Shown here piece by piece: positions 10,173 through 19,974 of a stretch of DNA of 64,000 nt. The stretch is from a bacterium. Its GTDB lineage: Bacteria > Auribacterota > UBA3054 > JAPLST01. Position numbers and translations under genes: made by a program. The DNA is taken from assembly GCA_026417575.1 (NCBI GenBank), contig JAOACZ010000128.1, positions 5,127 to 69,126 of the forward strand, given 5' to 3'. Position 1 is the stretch's first letter. Every line of letters begins with the position of its first letter. Below the pieces are notes generated by a model. It had not been told where the DNA came from, ran no database searches, and saw only the letters and a program-made list of their open reading frames with translations.

Positions 10173-11650
10173 GCAGCGCCACGGTCATTTTTCCGCACCA
10201 GTTGTTCGCAGACCATCCCGGGTTAGATCGTGGGCGGCGCATCGTTCTGGTTGAAGATCAGCTCTTCTTTCGTGATTGGCGGTACCCCGCGCGGTTTCAC
10301 AAGCACAAGTTGATCCTCCATCGCGCGAGTATGCGCGCCTACGCCACCCTGCTGCGCCAGCGTGGCTACGATGTCAGCTACCTTGAGTATGCGCCGGACC
10401 GCGAAATGTCCTATTTGTTTGCGCCTTTGCGCCGCGCAGGTGTGACTGAGATAGTCGTCGCGGAGGTGTGTGACTTCATGTTGGAAAAACGCGTGCGCCG
10501 CTACGCTAGGCAACACGGCATACGCATTACCGAGCTGTCGTCCCCTGGGTTTCTCACCCCACGTGATTGGCTGCTCAACCGACTACAAGGCAAGCAGCGC
10601 CTCAGCCTGACATCTTTCTACATTGCTCAGCGCAAACGTATGGGCATCTTGTTGGATAACGGCAAGCCACGCGGCGGCCGCTGGACGTATGACACCGCGA
10701 ATCGCCAACCGCTGCCCAAGAACCTTCCTGTTCCCCCACTTCCAACTATCTCGCCCTGCCCAGAGGTACGCGCGGCGATAGCCTACGTCACTCAGCACTG
10801 GCCTGACCACCCGGGTGAACCGTCGGCATTTTGGCTTCCGATCACACACGCAGCTGCAGCACAATGGCTCCAGCACTTTCTAGAACACCGTGTGATGCTG
10901 TTCGGCCCTTACCAAGACGCCATGCGTCGGGAGGAGCCTTTCCTCTTTCACTCAGTTCTCTCACCTCTGCTCAACATCGGCTTACTCACGCCCACCCAAG
11001 TGCTCGAGGCCGTGATAGCCGCCGCGCGTGAAAAGGATGTACCCCTTCCATCATTGGAGGGCTTCATCCGTCAGTTGATAGGTTGGCGTGAATTCGTCCG
11101 CGGCGTTTATCTTTTGCACGGCGTACGCCAGCGCACCAGTAATCACTGTGCTTCCACGCGGCCTATGCCAAGCGCGTTCTATCACGGAACTACGGGCCTC
11201 CTGCCCTTTGACACTGTCGTCGCGCGCGTGCAACGCCTGGCCTATTCTCATCACATTGAACGACTTATGATATTGGGGAACCTCATGCTGCTCTGTGGCA
11301 TTCATCCTGACGCAGTTTATACCTGGTTTATGGAGCTGTTCCTGGATGCCTACGATTGGGTCATGGTCCCAAACGTGTACGGCATGAGCCAGTATGCCGA
11401 TGGTGGCTTAATGACCACAAAACCCTACGTGTGCAGTTCACGCTATATCCGCAGGATGAGTGATTATCCTCGCGGTGCCTGGTGTGAAGTGTGGGATGCG
11501 CTCTACTGGCAGTTTATTGATCGGCAGCGCGCCACCCTGGAGGGCAGCCCGCGCACCGCAGTGATGCCGCGCATGTACGATCGGTTTACACCTTCGCGCC
11601 GAGCCGAGCTTGCACGCAAAGCAGAACAATTTCTCGCGCAGCTTACGTAA
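10169..11650 (+). CDS. Cryptochrome/photolyase-family protein, of the 'deoxyribodipyrimidine photolyase-related protein' (COG3046-like) group
   Basis: 493 aa. The N-terminus VIFPHQLFADHP...LVEDQLFF and the overall length match the photolyase-related protein family rather than canonical PhrB. It is translationally coupled to the MBL hydrolase. Confidence 0.6.
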   Translation: MSSATVIFPHQLFADHPGLDRGRRIVLVEDQLFFRDWRYPARFHKHKLILHRASMRAYATLLRQRGYDVSYLEYAPDREMSYLFAPLRRAGVTEIVVAEVCDFMLEKRVRRYARQHGIRITELSSPGFLTPRDWLLNRLQGKQRLSLTSFYIAQRKRMGILLDNGKPRGGRWTYDTANRQPLPKNLPVPPLPTISPCPEVRAAIAYVTQHWPDHPGEPSAFWLPITHAAAAQWLQHFLEHRVMLFGPYQDAMRREEPFLFHSVLSPLLNIGLLTPTQVLEAVIAAAREKDVPLPSLEGFIRQLIGWREFVRGVYLLHGVRQRTSNHCASTRPMPSAFYHGTTGLLPFDTVVARVQRLAYSHHIERLMILGNLMLLCGIHPDAVYTWFMELFLDAYDWVMVPNVYGMSQYADGGLMTTKPYVCSSRYIRRMSDYPRGAWCEVWDALYWQFIDRQRATLEGSPRTAVMPRMYDRFTPSRRAELARKAEQFLAQLT

Positions 11651-12107
11651 CTTTTCCAACACTTCAGTCGGTTTTCGGCCAGAAGCACGCACCGCATGAC
11701 CTCTGCGCGGTTCGCTACGGCACAAAGTGTGGTGTCCCGCACTTTGACAGAGCTGACGCCGTGCTGCTAGGAATAAGAGTGTGTGTCGCACATCACATTA
11801 GGATAAGAATGTTCCTCCGACACTCAGAGGTTTTGGCACCGCTGATCCGTGTTGATCACGAGCGTGGGGTACACATGCTGCGTATTTACCCTGACAGTCC
11901 CCGGTGCCTCTTTTCGGCAGGCACACATACCCTCACTTATTCTCGGACCGCGCATCAGACGCAGAACTGGAGTGTGTCTGTTTTGGCCCGCAGCAGACGC
12001 AGGGGGTTCCAGATACCGCTACCGGGTAGTGTAGGAACGCAGTCCGAGGGCTGTGAAGCCCTGGAGGCTGCAACCTGTTGATGATGCTCTAACGCCAAAG
12101 CACTGAT

Positions 12108-13028
12108 TCACGCGCGGGTCTGCGCGCGCATAGGCGCGACAGCAAAGCCATTCGGAAACTCCTCTGAGAGTTGGTATTCGGCGACCCGTTCACAGAATTT
12201 CAAGTACTCAATACCGTCCTTCGCTGCCGTGTCGGCATCGGGGATCATGGGCGCGCTTTCAATCGTGCAGTAGCCTGTGTAGTTGATTTTTTTTAAGGCG
12301 CGCATGACGGCCTTGAAATCCACTGTGCCATACCCCGGGGTCAGTGAGTTCGAGTCGCGGAAGTGTACATGCCAGAGCAGATCGCCCGCGTCCATCACAG
12401 CTTCGTAAGGATTGAGCTCTTCAAAGTTAGCGTGAAACCAGTCAAGTTGGATGCCGATATTGTCACATCCGGTGGCACGGATCATGCGGCGGTGGTTCAT
12501 GGCGGTGTTGACATATTTGCCCATCTCCAAATGGTTGGTGGCCTCAAAGACGAGGCGCACGCCGCAGGTGCGCGCGTACTCGGCCATGCGGCGCAAGGCA
12601 TCCACCGCGATGGCGGTACACGCGGCCACATTGTCCGCAGTGATGTCGGCATGAATGGCCGCGGCGACCGTGACCAGGGGCGCACCCACTTCGGCGGCAA
12701 AATCAATCGAGGTTTTTGTTTCCGCCACCGCCAACTCGGCCGTTCGTGGTTCCGTGAGCGTTTTGAAGGTTGGCGAATAGGGATCCCACATCGCGCCCCA
12801 GCATTCATTAATGCAAGAGATCTCCATGCCGAATTCCTGTTTGAGCGCGCGGTGGGTGCGGGCATAGGCCGCCATGCTGACGCCCATCCCATAGCGTCCT
12901 TTCGGCGGCGTGAGTTCGATGGCATCATAGCCGAATTTCTTCAGGCGCTGATACGTCCGTTCCGGATGCAGGTAGGTTTCTTCCTGCCCGAAAGTCAACT
13001 GAAAATAGGAGTATTTGAAGGGCGGCAT
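12108..13028 (-). CDS. Sugar phosphate isomerase/epimerase (xylose-isomerase-like TIM barrel)
   Basis: The start is placed at MPPFKYSYFQLTFG (ATG at 13028), with an AAGGAG Shine-Dalgarno 5 nt upstream. The ORF-track ORF extends further 5' into the neighbouring gene. AP-endonuclease-2/TIM-barrel-like motifs are present (YDAIEL, HxxD...E). Confidence 0.65.
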   Translation of the reverse strand: MPPFKYSYFQLTFGQEETYLHPERTYQRLKKFGYDAIELTPPKGRYGMGVSMAAYARTHRALKQEFGMEISCINECWGAMWDPYSPTFKTLTEPRTAELAVAETKTSIDFAAEVGAPLVTVAAAIHADITADNVAACTAIAVDALRRMAEYARTCGVRLVFEATNHLEMGKYVNTAMNHRRMIRATGCDNIGIQLDWFHANFEELNPYEAVMDAGDLLWHVHFRDSNSLTPGYGTVDFKAVMRALKKINYTGYCTIESAPMIPDADTAAKDGIEYLKFCERVAEYQLSEEFPNGFAVAPMRAQTRA

Positions 13029-13050
13029 AGGTGGCTCCTTATGCGGGCGC

Positions 13051-14463
13051 TTAGTTGTGACGAAACACTTCCCATCCCAGATACTTCTCGGCCGCTTCCG
13101 CCAGGGCTTTTGCCACATGGCCACGCACCATGGCGACGTGATGCTCGAAGCCGTTTTGGCACAGCATGTCCAGCAGCTCCTGCAGGCGTTCCACATAGCA
13201 GACTGCCACGCCACCCACCGTGTCGGTGGGATCATTGGTGAATTCGCCTTCGCCGACGTACATTTTGATCACGCCGCGCGTGTCGTCGGTGGAGATTTTC
13301 AGGAAGGTCATTGGGCCGGGCGCTACATTGCCTTTGACGGCGCCAAAGCAGCGGTCCGCACCTAGGGCTGCGCCGAGAATGTCGAGCGTGCCGATCTCGC
13401 GGATGTGGCCGATGAAACTGCGCGGATAGTTTGAACAGTGGATGTTAATACACTTGTTTTCCTCATCATCGTAGTTGTTATTCCAGTCGAGGTAGCCCGG
13501 GGCATTACCTGTGGCCAGGCGCAGCATGTACATAGAGAGCGCGCCCATAACGTCCGTTTCGCAAGCACACGGCGTACCTTTTTCACCGAGCATGCTCATC
13601 GTGAGACAGGCCGCACAGCCGTAATTGTTCTGAATTGAAGCCCAGCATTGCATTGCGGCGGCGTCGCACTCATTGGCGGTGATCCATTGCTCGACAGCAA
13701 GGGAGAGTTTAGCCTGGCGCAGCAGGTGCTCGCTGGGCGTGCCCGGCGCGACCGGCCCGTAGGCCTGAATTTCGGCCACCCGCTGGCGCACAGCGTCGGT
13801 TTCGCCCATTGCCTGCGCCGCCGCAATAATCTCTGACAAATCCACAGCGCACACGTGCACGCCTGAAGCTTCGAGCAGCTTCTCGGAGAAACGCACGGTA
13901 TTAAATGGATCGGGCCGCTGGCCGATCATGCCAATGCGCGCCGTAGAAATACCCTTGACGATGCGGCAGACAGTGGCGAAGTAGTGCAAATCCGCGGTGA
14001 ACTCTTCGCTAGCAATATCGCACGTGTGGCGCGAGGTGTTGGTGATAGCGAAACCGCGCTGGTATAGATTGTTGCACACGGACAGTTTGCCGCAGAAGGC
14101 GTCGCGCCGGCGCGCCATGTCCATCTGAGCGACGCGGTCGGGGCTGGCCTGCACCATGATCGGCACATCCAAGCCGGCACGGGTGATCGTCTCAACCACG
14201 CCCAGTTCATCGCCGAAATTCGGCAAGAGGACAAGAATTCCGTCAATCTCCTCCGCGTGCTCGCGGAACAGCTTAGCGCAGATCTTGGCATCCGCTACTG
14301 TCTCGATGGCTCCGTGCGGTGTTGCATCTTCGGGTGGCAAAATAGCGCCGTAGCCAAGTTGGGCAAGTTTAGCTAGAATGTCCTTGCGCCCTTGCACGGC
14401 CAACGAGGCCGGGAAAAAGCCACGCGTGCCGACAATAACGCCAAATGTTACCCGTGTTTTCAT
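13051..14463 (-). CDS. L-fucose/L-arabinose isomerase-family protein
   Basis: The start is placed at MKTRVTFGVIVGTRGFF (ATG at 14463), with AAGGAG 7 nt upstream. At about 470 aa it matches the FucI-like family in length and N-terminal pattern. Confidence 0.6.
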   Translation of the reverse strand: MKTRVTFGVIVGTRGFFPASLAVQGRKDILAKLAQLGYGAILPPEDATPHGAIETVADAKICAKLFREHAEEIDGILVLLPNFGDELGVVETITRAGLDVPIMVQASPDRVAQMDMARRRDAFCGKLSVCNNLYQRGFAITNTSRHTCDIASEEFTADLHYFATVCRIVKGISTARIGMIGQRPDPFNTVRFSEKLLEASGVHVCAVDLSEIIAAAQAMGETDAVRQRVAEIQAYGPVAPGTPSEHLLRQAKLSLAVEQWITANECDAAAMQCWASIQNNYGCAACLTMSMLGEKGTPCACETDVMGALSMYMLRLATGNAPGYLDWNNNYDDEENKCINIHCSNYPRSFIGHIREIGTLDILGAALGADRCFGAVKGNVAPGPMTFLKISTDDTRGVIKMYVGEGEFTNDPTDTVGGVAVCYVERLQELLDMLCQNGFEHHVAMVRGHVAKALAEAAEKYLGWEVFRHN

Positions 14464-14588
14464 GGGAGACTCCTTGAGGGGTGAAAAGGATGGTGGTGGC
14501 CGCTGCACAAAAAAACGTAGGCAAGAAAAGGCGGTGCGCACGCTCGGTGCGGCGCACGGAGAGACGGCGAGAGAGCACTAGCAGCGCG

Positions 14589-14909
14589 TTATTTTGTCGT
14601 ATCCTCATAATCAAACACGAGCACGGATGCGAGCCCATCTTCTAGCGCTGGGATGACAACATCAGTGGCGAACGCGACGTGCGCCGGGTGCGCCAGGTAG
14701 CGTTCGCGCGCCTCAATGCTGTCAAATTCCACGCGGATACCTTCGCGAAAACCCTTGTCCAAGTTTTCCGTGCTGTTGTTGTACACCCAGCGGAAGCTGC
14801 GGATTTCGGGAATAACGGCTTGCAGTGCGGCAAACTCTTCGCGCAGGCGCTGGAGCGTGGCGGAGTCCAGCTCCCTCTTCCACTTGAAAAACGCGTAGTG
14901 GACAATCAT
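14589..14909 (-). CDS. Dabb-family stress-responsive A/B-barrel protein
   Basis: 106 aa, beginning MIVHYAFFKW...RWVYNNSTENLDKGF, which is typical of Dabb. It overlaps the upstream VOC gene by 4 nt. Confidence 0.7.
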   Translation of the reverse strand: MIVHYAFFKWKRELDSATLQRLREEFAALQAVIPEIRSFRWVYNNSTENLDKGFREGIRVEFDSIEARERYLAHPAHVAFATDVVIPALEDGLASVLVFDYEDTTK

Positions 14910-15430
14910 GATTCCTCCTTGAATGCCGCCTGTTCTGGCGGCGGGAAGATGCGTTCTGGCGGATTGCGGCGTTTCGGGCGCTCAATCAGTTCGAGTGTGG
15001 TGCCGATCAAGTTTTCCGTGTCCAAATAGGCATAGTGGCCGTCATCGTCGGGGCCGAAACCGGCGCCATCTTGCGTCATCACAAGCCCACACGCGCGCGC
15101 TTGTTCGAGCGCGCGCTGCATATCGTTGGTCAGCACGCCGATGTGATGCACGCCGTAGCCGTGTTTTTTAACGAACTCGGCGTACACGGTGTCGCCTTCC
15201 AACGGTTGAATCAACTCAATGCGCATCGCGCCCACGTTGGCCAGCGCCACGCGCATGCGATACTCGGTCGGCTTGCCGTTGCGGGTCATGCGCTTTACCA
15301 GCGGTTTACCGTAGGTGTAAATGTGCCATGGCCCGACGCCGAACCGTTCCCAGTAATTCCGCACGGCCGCATCTAAGTCCGGGACGATGATTGCAATTTG
15401 CGCAATGTTATCCAATGGAAATGTCCTCAT
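14906..15430 (-). CDS. VOC (glyoxalase/bleomycin-resistance/dioxygenase) family protein, methylmalonyl-CoA-epimerase-like
   Basis: 174 aa with two beta-alpha-beta-beta-beta modules (IAIIVPDLDAAVRNY...; HHIGVLTNDMQRALE). Confidence 0.6.
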   Translation of the reverse strand: MRTFPLDNIAQIAIIVPDLDAAVRNYWERFGVGPWHIYTYGKPLVKRMTRNGKPTEYRMRVALANVGAMRIELIQPLEGDTVYAEFVKKHGYGVHHIGVLTNDMQRALEQARACGLVMTQDGAGFGPDDDGHYAYLDTENLIGTTLELIERPKRRNPPERIFPPPEQAAFKEES

Positions 15431-15440
15431 TCCTGACTCC

Positions 15441-16520
15441 TCACGCGCGGCAAGAGCGCTCTACGTGATTGGTGAACACCACTTTCAGCGCGCGGCCTTC
15501 CGTGGCTTCCTTGACGCCGTCGGCAAAGGCGCTGAGTGGAAAACGGTGGGTGACGAGTTTGTCGCCGGGGATGCGGCCGCTGGCCAGCAACTGCAAGGCG
15601 CGCCCGTGATGGCGCGGAGCAAAGATCGTCGTGCCCATCACGTGCAGGGCGTTATAGTGGATCAGGTTGGTATTGAGGCCGGGGCGGCAGCGGTCGGCCG
15701 GCAAGCCGCCGAAGAGCAGTACCCGGCCGCCTTTGCGGGCGATTTCCAGCGCCTGCACTTGCGATTCAGGCGCGGGGTTGGCTGTGATCACGACGTCGGC
15801 GCCACGCCCGCCCGTGATCCGGCGCACCTCTTCAACAAGATCTACCTGCGCTATGTTTATCATGTGGTCAGGATGGAACTGTGTGCACAATTGCAGCCGC
15901 TCCGCAGACACGTCGGCGATAATCACAGTAGTTGCGCCGCGTGCGCGCGCCAACAACAGGTGAAGGCAGCCGACGGGCCCGGCGCCCAGCACCGCCACCG
16001 TGTCGCCCAACCCGACGCTGCCCGTCTCCTGCGCGTGAATGCACGACGATAGCGGCTCGGCCACAGTCGCCACCACCGGGTCGAGCCCGGCAGGAATGCG
16101 CCGAATCGTCCCGCGGTGCACGGCCTCGGCCGGTATGGCCACATATTCCGCAAAACCGCCTGGCCACACTTGCGCAATCTCACGGTAGCCGCTGCACAGC
16201 TCGAACCGTCCTTCCACGCAAAACTCACACACGCCACAATACACAAGCGGCGCAACGGAGAGCAGCTCGCCGCGCTGCCACGGCCCGCTGTACTGCGCGC
16301 CTGTTTCCACTACCACACCGCTAATCTCCTGCCCCACGACAAACGGCAGGGTAACTCGGTGATGGCCGTGACGCAACGTGCGCAAATCGCCGCCACACAG
16401 CCCGCACGCCAGGACCTGCAGCAACAGACCGCCAGCCGGGCAGGCGGGCGTTTCCAGTTCCACCAGCCCGTACTCACCAGGCGCGCGAATCAGAATTGCT
16501 TTCATGCGGGGTGCAACCAT
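15441..16520 (-). CDS. Zinc-dependent medium-chain alcohol/polyol dehydrogenase
   Basis: Carries the CGLCGGDL catalytic-zinc motif, a structural-zinc CGVCEFC cluster and a Rossmann GAGPVG motif. Confidence 0.8.
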   Translation of the reverse strand: MVAPRMKAILIRAPGEYGLVELETPACPAGGLLLQVLACGLCGGDLRTLRHGHHRVTLPFVVGQEISGVVVETGAQYSGPWQRGELLSVAPLVYCGVCEFCVEGRFELCSGYREIAQVWPGGFAEYVAIPAEAVHRGTIRRIPAGLDPVVATVAEPLSSCIHAQETGSVGLGDTVAVLGAGPVGCLHLLLARARGATTVIIADVSAERLQLCTQFHPDHMINIAQVDLVEEVRRITGGRGADVVITANPAPESQVQALEIARKGGRVLLFGGLPADRCRPGLNTNLIHYNALHVMGTTIFAPRHHGRALQLLASGRIPGDKLVTHRFPLSAFADGVKEATEGRALKVVFTNHVERSCRA

Positions 16521-17794
16521 TTGTCCTGCTGACGGCGTAATTCAGCGATGAATGTATCTGTGCGTGCCATAAAATTCGCGGTGGTCATCGGCTGGCCTGC
16601 TGGAATATCAGCCGTGGCCCTGCCGCCCGGGGCAAGTCCGATGGGAATCATGCCGCCTAAACGTGCCTCAGCATACGTGTAAATGCGCCCGTAAATGTCG
16701 GCGCTGCCAATACCGCCCACTTGCTCACCTGCGCGAATCGGCCGCTTCGCCACGCACACCACTTCCGCGTGCATTGTCTGCGCCGCCACGGTCACTTCCT
16801 TCAACAGCACCGCCTCGGCGATGGATTGCGGCGTTTCAATGTCGCACAAGTGATACGGGCGGAAGAGCAGATAGTACGGCCCGCGCGCCTTCGTAATGAA
16901 CTCCATGTCCTTGCGCATGCGCGGGCTGTCGGTGTAGACGATGGCAAATACCCCGGGCGCGATGGCGCCAGTCGTGAAGTCCACGCAGCCGCGCCGCGAG
17001 AAGATGCCGCCGTCAGCTTTGGGGATGAATGTGGTCACCAGTTCATCTAATTCAGCCTTCGGGCCGTGCATGCCCGGCACGTCAGGCAACAGCCCGGTGG
17101 CGTTGGCAACTGCGGCCATCTCCACCATCGTCTTGGTGCCGTCTTTGAATGCTGCCAGCATTTTGGGATTCATGTCTTTGGCTGCGGCTTCTGCGGCACA
17201 ACGCTCAGGCGTAGCAGCGAAATCGATCGGATTGTTCTTGCCCTTGCCCAGACAAATCACTTCAAACCCCATCAGCACGGCTTGTTCGTACAGCATGGTA
17301 CACACACCCGGCTCGTCGCCCGAGGCGCCTGTGTACACCGCGCCGCGCGTGCGCGCCAAGTGGCTCAGGTACGCACCCACGGTGACATCCGTCTCAGCAT
17401 TGAGCATGATGATGGGTTTACCGTAATGAATAGATTCGTAGGCCACGCGCGCGCCGATGTCCGGCACGCCTGTGGCTTCCACATTGGCTTCAAGAGCTTC
17501 TAGGCGCGTCAGCAACAACGCGTCGGCCGTCACCAGCCGTTTACCCTGTCGCAGCGCGTCCTGCGCTTCGTTTTCGTTGTCAGTGACAACGATTTCGTCG
17601 CGCGGACACCCCAGCTCGCACAGCGTGTCTATGCCGCGCTGCGGCGCAATGTCGGCAATCGCGGCCACACGCATGCCTTCAACGCGCGCGACTACGTGCG
17701 CCAGCCCCGAACCCATCTGCCCGCAGCCTACAATGCCTACCCGTATCGGATCGTTCTGCCCAGCGCGTGCCCGCAACTTCCGTATCAACTCCAT
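16502..17794 (-). CDS. NAD(P)-binding oxidoreductase with a C-terminal SAF domain ('predicted homoserine dehydrogenase'-like, COG4091-type)
   Basis: The start is placed at [12 protein letters not shown] (ATG at 17794). The [14 protein letters not shown] Rossmann motif and a length of about 430 aa are consistent with the family. The ORF-track start at 17926 would overlap the FGGY kinase. Confidence 0.45.
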   Translation of the reverse strand: MELIRKLRARAGQNDPIRVGIVGCGQMGSGLAHVVARVEGMRVAAIADIAPQRGIDTLCELGCPRDEIVVTDNENEAQDALRQGKRLVTADALLLTRLEALEANVEATGVPDIGARVAYESIHYGKPIIMLNAETDVTVGAYLSHLARTRGAVYTGASGDEPGVCTMLYEQAVLMGFEVICLGKGKNNPIDFAATPERCAAEAAAKDMNPKMLAAFKDGTKTMVEMAAVANATGLLPDVPGMHGPKAELDELVTTFIPKADGGIFSRRGCVDFTTGAIAPGVFAIVYTDSPRMRKDMEFITKARGPYYLLFRPYHLCDIETPQSIAEAVLLKEVTVAAQTMHAEVVCVAKRPIRAGEQVGGIGSADIYGRIYTYAEARLGGMIPIGLAPGGRATADIPAGQPMTTANFMARTDTFIAELRRQQDKWLHPA

Positions 17795-17804
17795 GCTACG
17801 CTCC

Positions 17805-19361
17805 TCATATTGAACGTGCCCGCAACCGGGCCAGTTCACGGTAATCCTCTTTGACGTGCTCGTACAACCGCTTGTACAACGCAAAATATTCTTGATACCG
17901 GGCATGCGCCGCCGCATCCGGCTCAAGTGGTTCGACTAGCTCCACCCATTCTTTCGTCACTGAGAAATCCTTAAACACGCCCGTAGCAACACCGGCCAGG
18001 ATGGCATCGCCGTAGGGCGCGCCAACGCGGCTCTTTACCAGCACCGTGGGCACGTTAAACACATCAGTGATGATGCGGCGCCACAGCGCGCTCTTCGCCC
18101 CACCTTCATTCAACACAATCGGTCCACGAATTTGTTGCCCCGCCGCCGTGATGATGCGAAACGAATCGTACAGCGCGTACGCCACGGCCTCCATGGCAGC
18201 GCGCGCCACGTGCCCGCGGGTGTGGTTGAGCGACAGGCCGAAGATCACGGCGCGCGCGTGCACGTCCCAGATGGGTGTGCGCTCGCCCATCAAGAATGGT
18301 AGCATCACCAGCCCGCCGGCGCCGGCCGGCACGGCCGCCGCTTCACGGTTGATCAGCTCATACGTGTCCGTGCCGGTGGTGCGCTCTGCCGCCTTTTCGG
18401 CTAGGTAGAAATTGTCACGCAGGTAGCGCAGAAGCTGCCCGCCAGTCGTAGTCGTCGGTATGGTAACGAACACGGGCTGCTCCACCGTATCGGTCGTGTA
18501 ATTGCACGCAATCATACTGTCATGGAACGTCGGCGCGGTGTGAATAATGCCGAAATTGCCGCACGTGCCAAGATTCATTTGAATGTCACCATCCGCAATG
18601 GCGCCGGCGCCGCTCCAGCCAGCGTTGCAGTCCACCTGGCCGGCGGCCACTGGCGTTCCCGGCGCCAAACCAGTAGCTTCCGCGGCTGCGGCCGTTACTT
18701 CGCCCACCACGGCCGTACACGGATACAGGTCCGGAAACAATTCACGCGGGATGCCCACAGCGTCCAGCATAGGTTGGTTGAAGGTACGACCCAACAAATC
18801 ATACGCCACGCCGTAGAATGCCGCGCCGGAGTAATGCCCCGTGGCCACACCGGTTAGTTTCAGCGTAATGAAGCCGTCAATCGTCAACGCCTTCCACACA
18901 CGGCGAAACTGATCCGGGCGATTATCTCGCTCCCACATCAAGTTGATGATCGAGGGGTGGTCGTCGAGGCGGTTTTTGGTGACCGCGAATACGCGCGCTT
19001 CGCCCAGCAGATCTTTTACAGCCTGCACCTGGCGTGTGGCGCGGCGGTCCATCAGATTGTAGGCATTGCCAATCGGATTGTGCGCGCGGTCCACCATCAC
19101 CAGCGATGGCAGCGCGGACGACACAGCAACGCCACCAATTTCCCGGGCGGGGACACGCGCCTCGGCCAGCACCTGGCGGATCATGCGGCAGGCGGCGTCC
19201 CAGTAGCGTGCTGGCTCATGCTCCGACCAGCCTGGATGTGGTGTGAGAATAGGAAACTCTTCAAACGCGTAGGCACGCGTGCGGCCTTCACAGTCAATCA
19301 GCGCCGCTTTCGCGCCGCCGGTGCCATAGTCCAAGCCGAGTAGGTAGGGTCGCATTGTCAT
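17805..19361 (-). CDS. FGGY-family carbohydrate kinase (xylulokinase/ribulokinase-like)
   Basis: Opens [21 protein letters not shown], the FGGY N-terminal ATPase motif, with a conserved C-terminal domain. It is the first gene of the seven-gene minus-strand operon. Confidence 0.8.
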   Translation of the reverse strand: MTMRPYLLGLDYGTGGAKAALIDCEGRTRAYAFEEFPILTPHPGWSEHEPARYWDAACRMIRQVLAEARVPAREIGGVAVSSALPSLVMVDRAHNPIGNAYNLMDRRATRQVQAVKDLLGEARVFAVTKNRLDDHPSIINLMWERDNRPDQFRRVWKALTIDGFITLKLTGVATGHYSGAAFYGVAYDLLGRTFNQPMLDAVGIPRELFPDLYPCTAVVGEVTAAAAEATGLAPGTPVAAGQVDCNAGWSGAGAIADGDIQMNLGTCGNFGIIHTAPTFHDSMIACNYTTDTVEQPVFVTIPTTTTGGQLLRYLRDNFYLAEKAAERTTGTDTYELINREAAAVPAGAGGLVMLPFLMGERTPIWDVHARAVIFGLSLNHTRGHVARAAMEAVAYALYDSFRIITAAGQQIRGPIVLNEGGAKSALWRRIITDVFNVPTVLVKSRVGAPYGDAILAGVATGVFKDFSVTKEWVELVEPLEPDAAAHARYQEYFALYKRLYEHVKEDYRELARLRARSI

Positions 19362-19974
19362 TGTGTGTCACCGTGGTATTTCCAGGTTCACGGGAGCCTC
19401 TCCCTGGAAGTAGCCCATTTTACAAAATACATCGTAGAATTTCAAGTAGATCTTGCATCCAAAAAAAACGCGCAACGTCCCTACGGCGTGTCACCCATTA
19501 TCGACAGCAGCGCATAGGTCGAATGAGAAAAAGCACAGCGATGGGTATAACCTGACTGGCCGAAACGATCCGTAACGCAGCTGTATGTGTCGTTACGCGG
19601 GACTGATAATGGAGTAAGGATAAGGACAGTAAAAATCCTGCTAACACGTCCCTCCTGTCAGGGGCCTGGTACCATAGGCACGCAAAAGACCGTGCGACTG
19701 CATCGGGGTGCGCAACGTAAAAAGTTTAGCATGTGCTGCTCATTGTGTTCAGCAAGGGCGTAAAGAAACTGCTGCTACCGACCTCACAGGCAGCGCTCTA
19801 CAGCTATCAGGGGCTTTTACCGCTCCTACGGTACGTCATCGCCACACCAATTAGGCGCGGCAAAACAGTCCCGGTGGTCACGCCCCGGATTACCGCACTC
19901 GGCGCAGTTGATGCAGAGCGCTGAGTGTTTTTTCGCACAGTGTTTGCAATGGCCGCAACGTTCTGGATGAGCGG

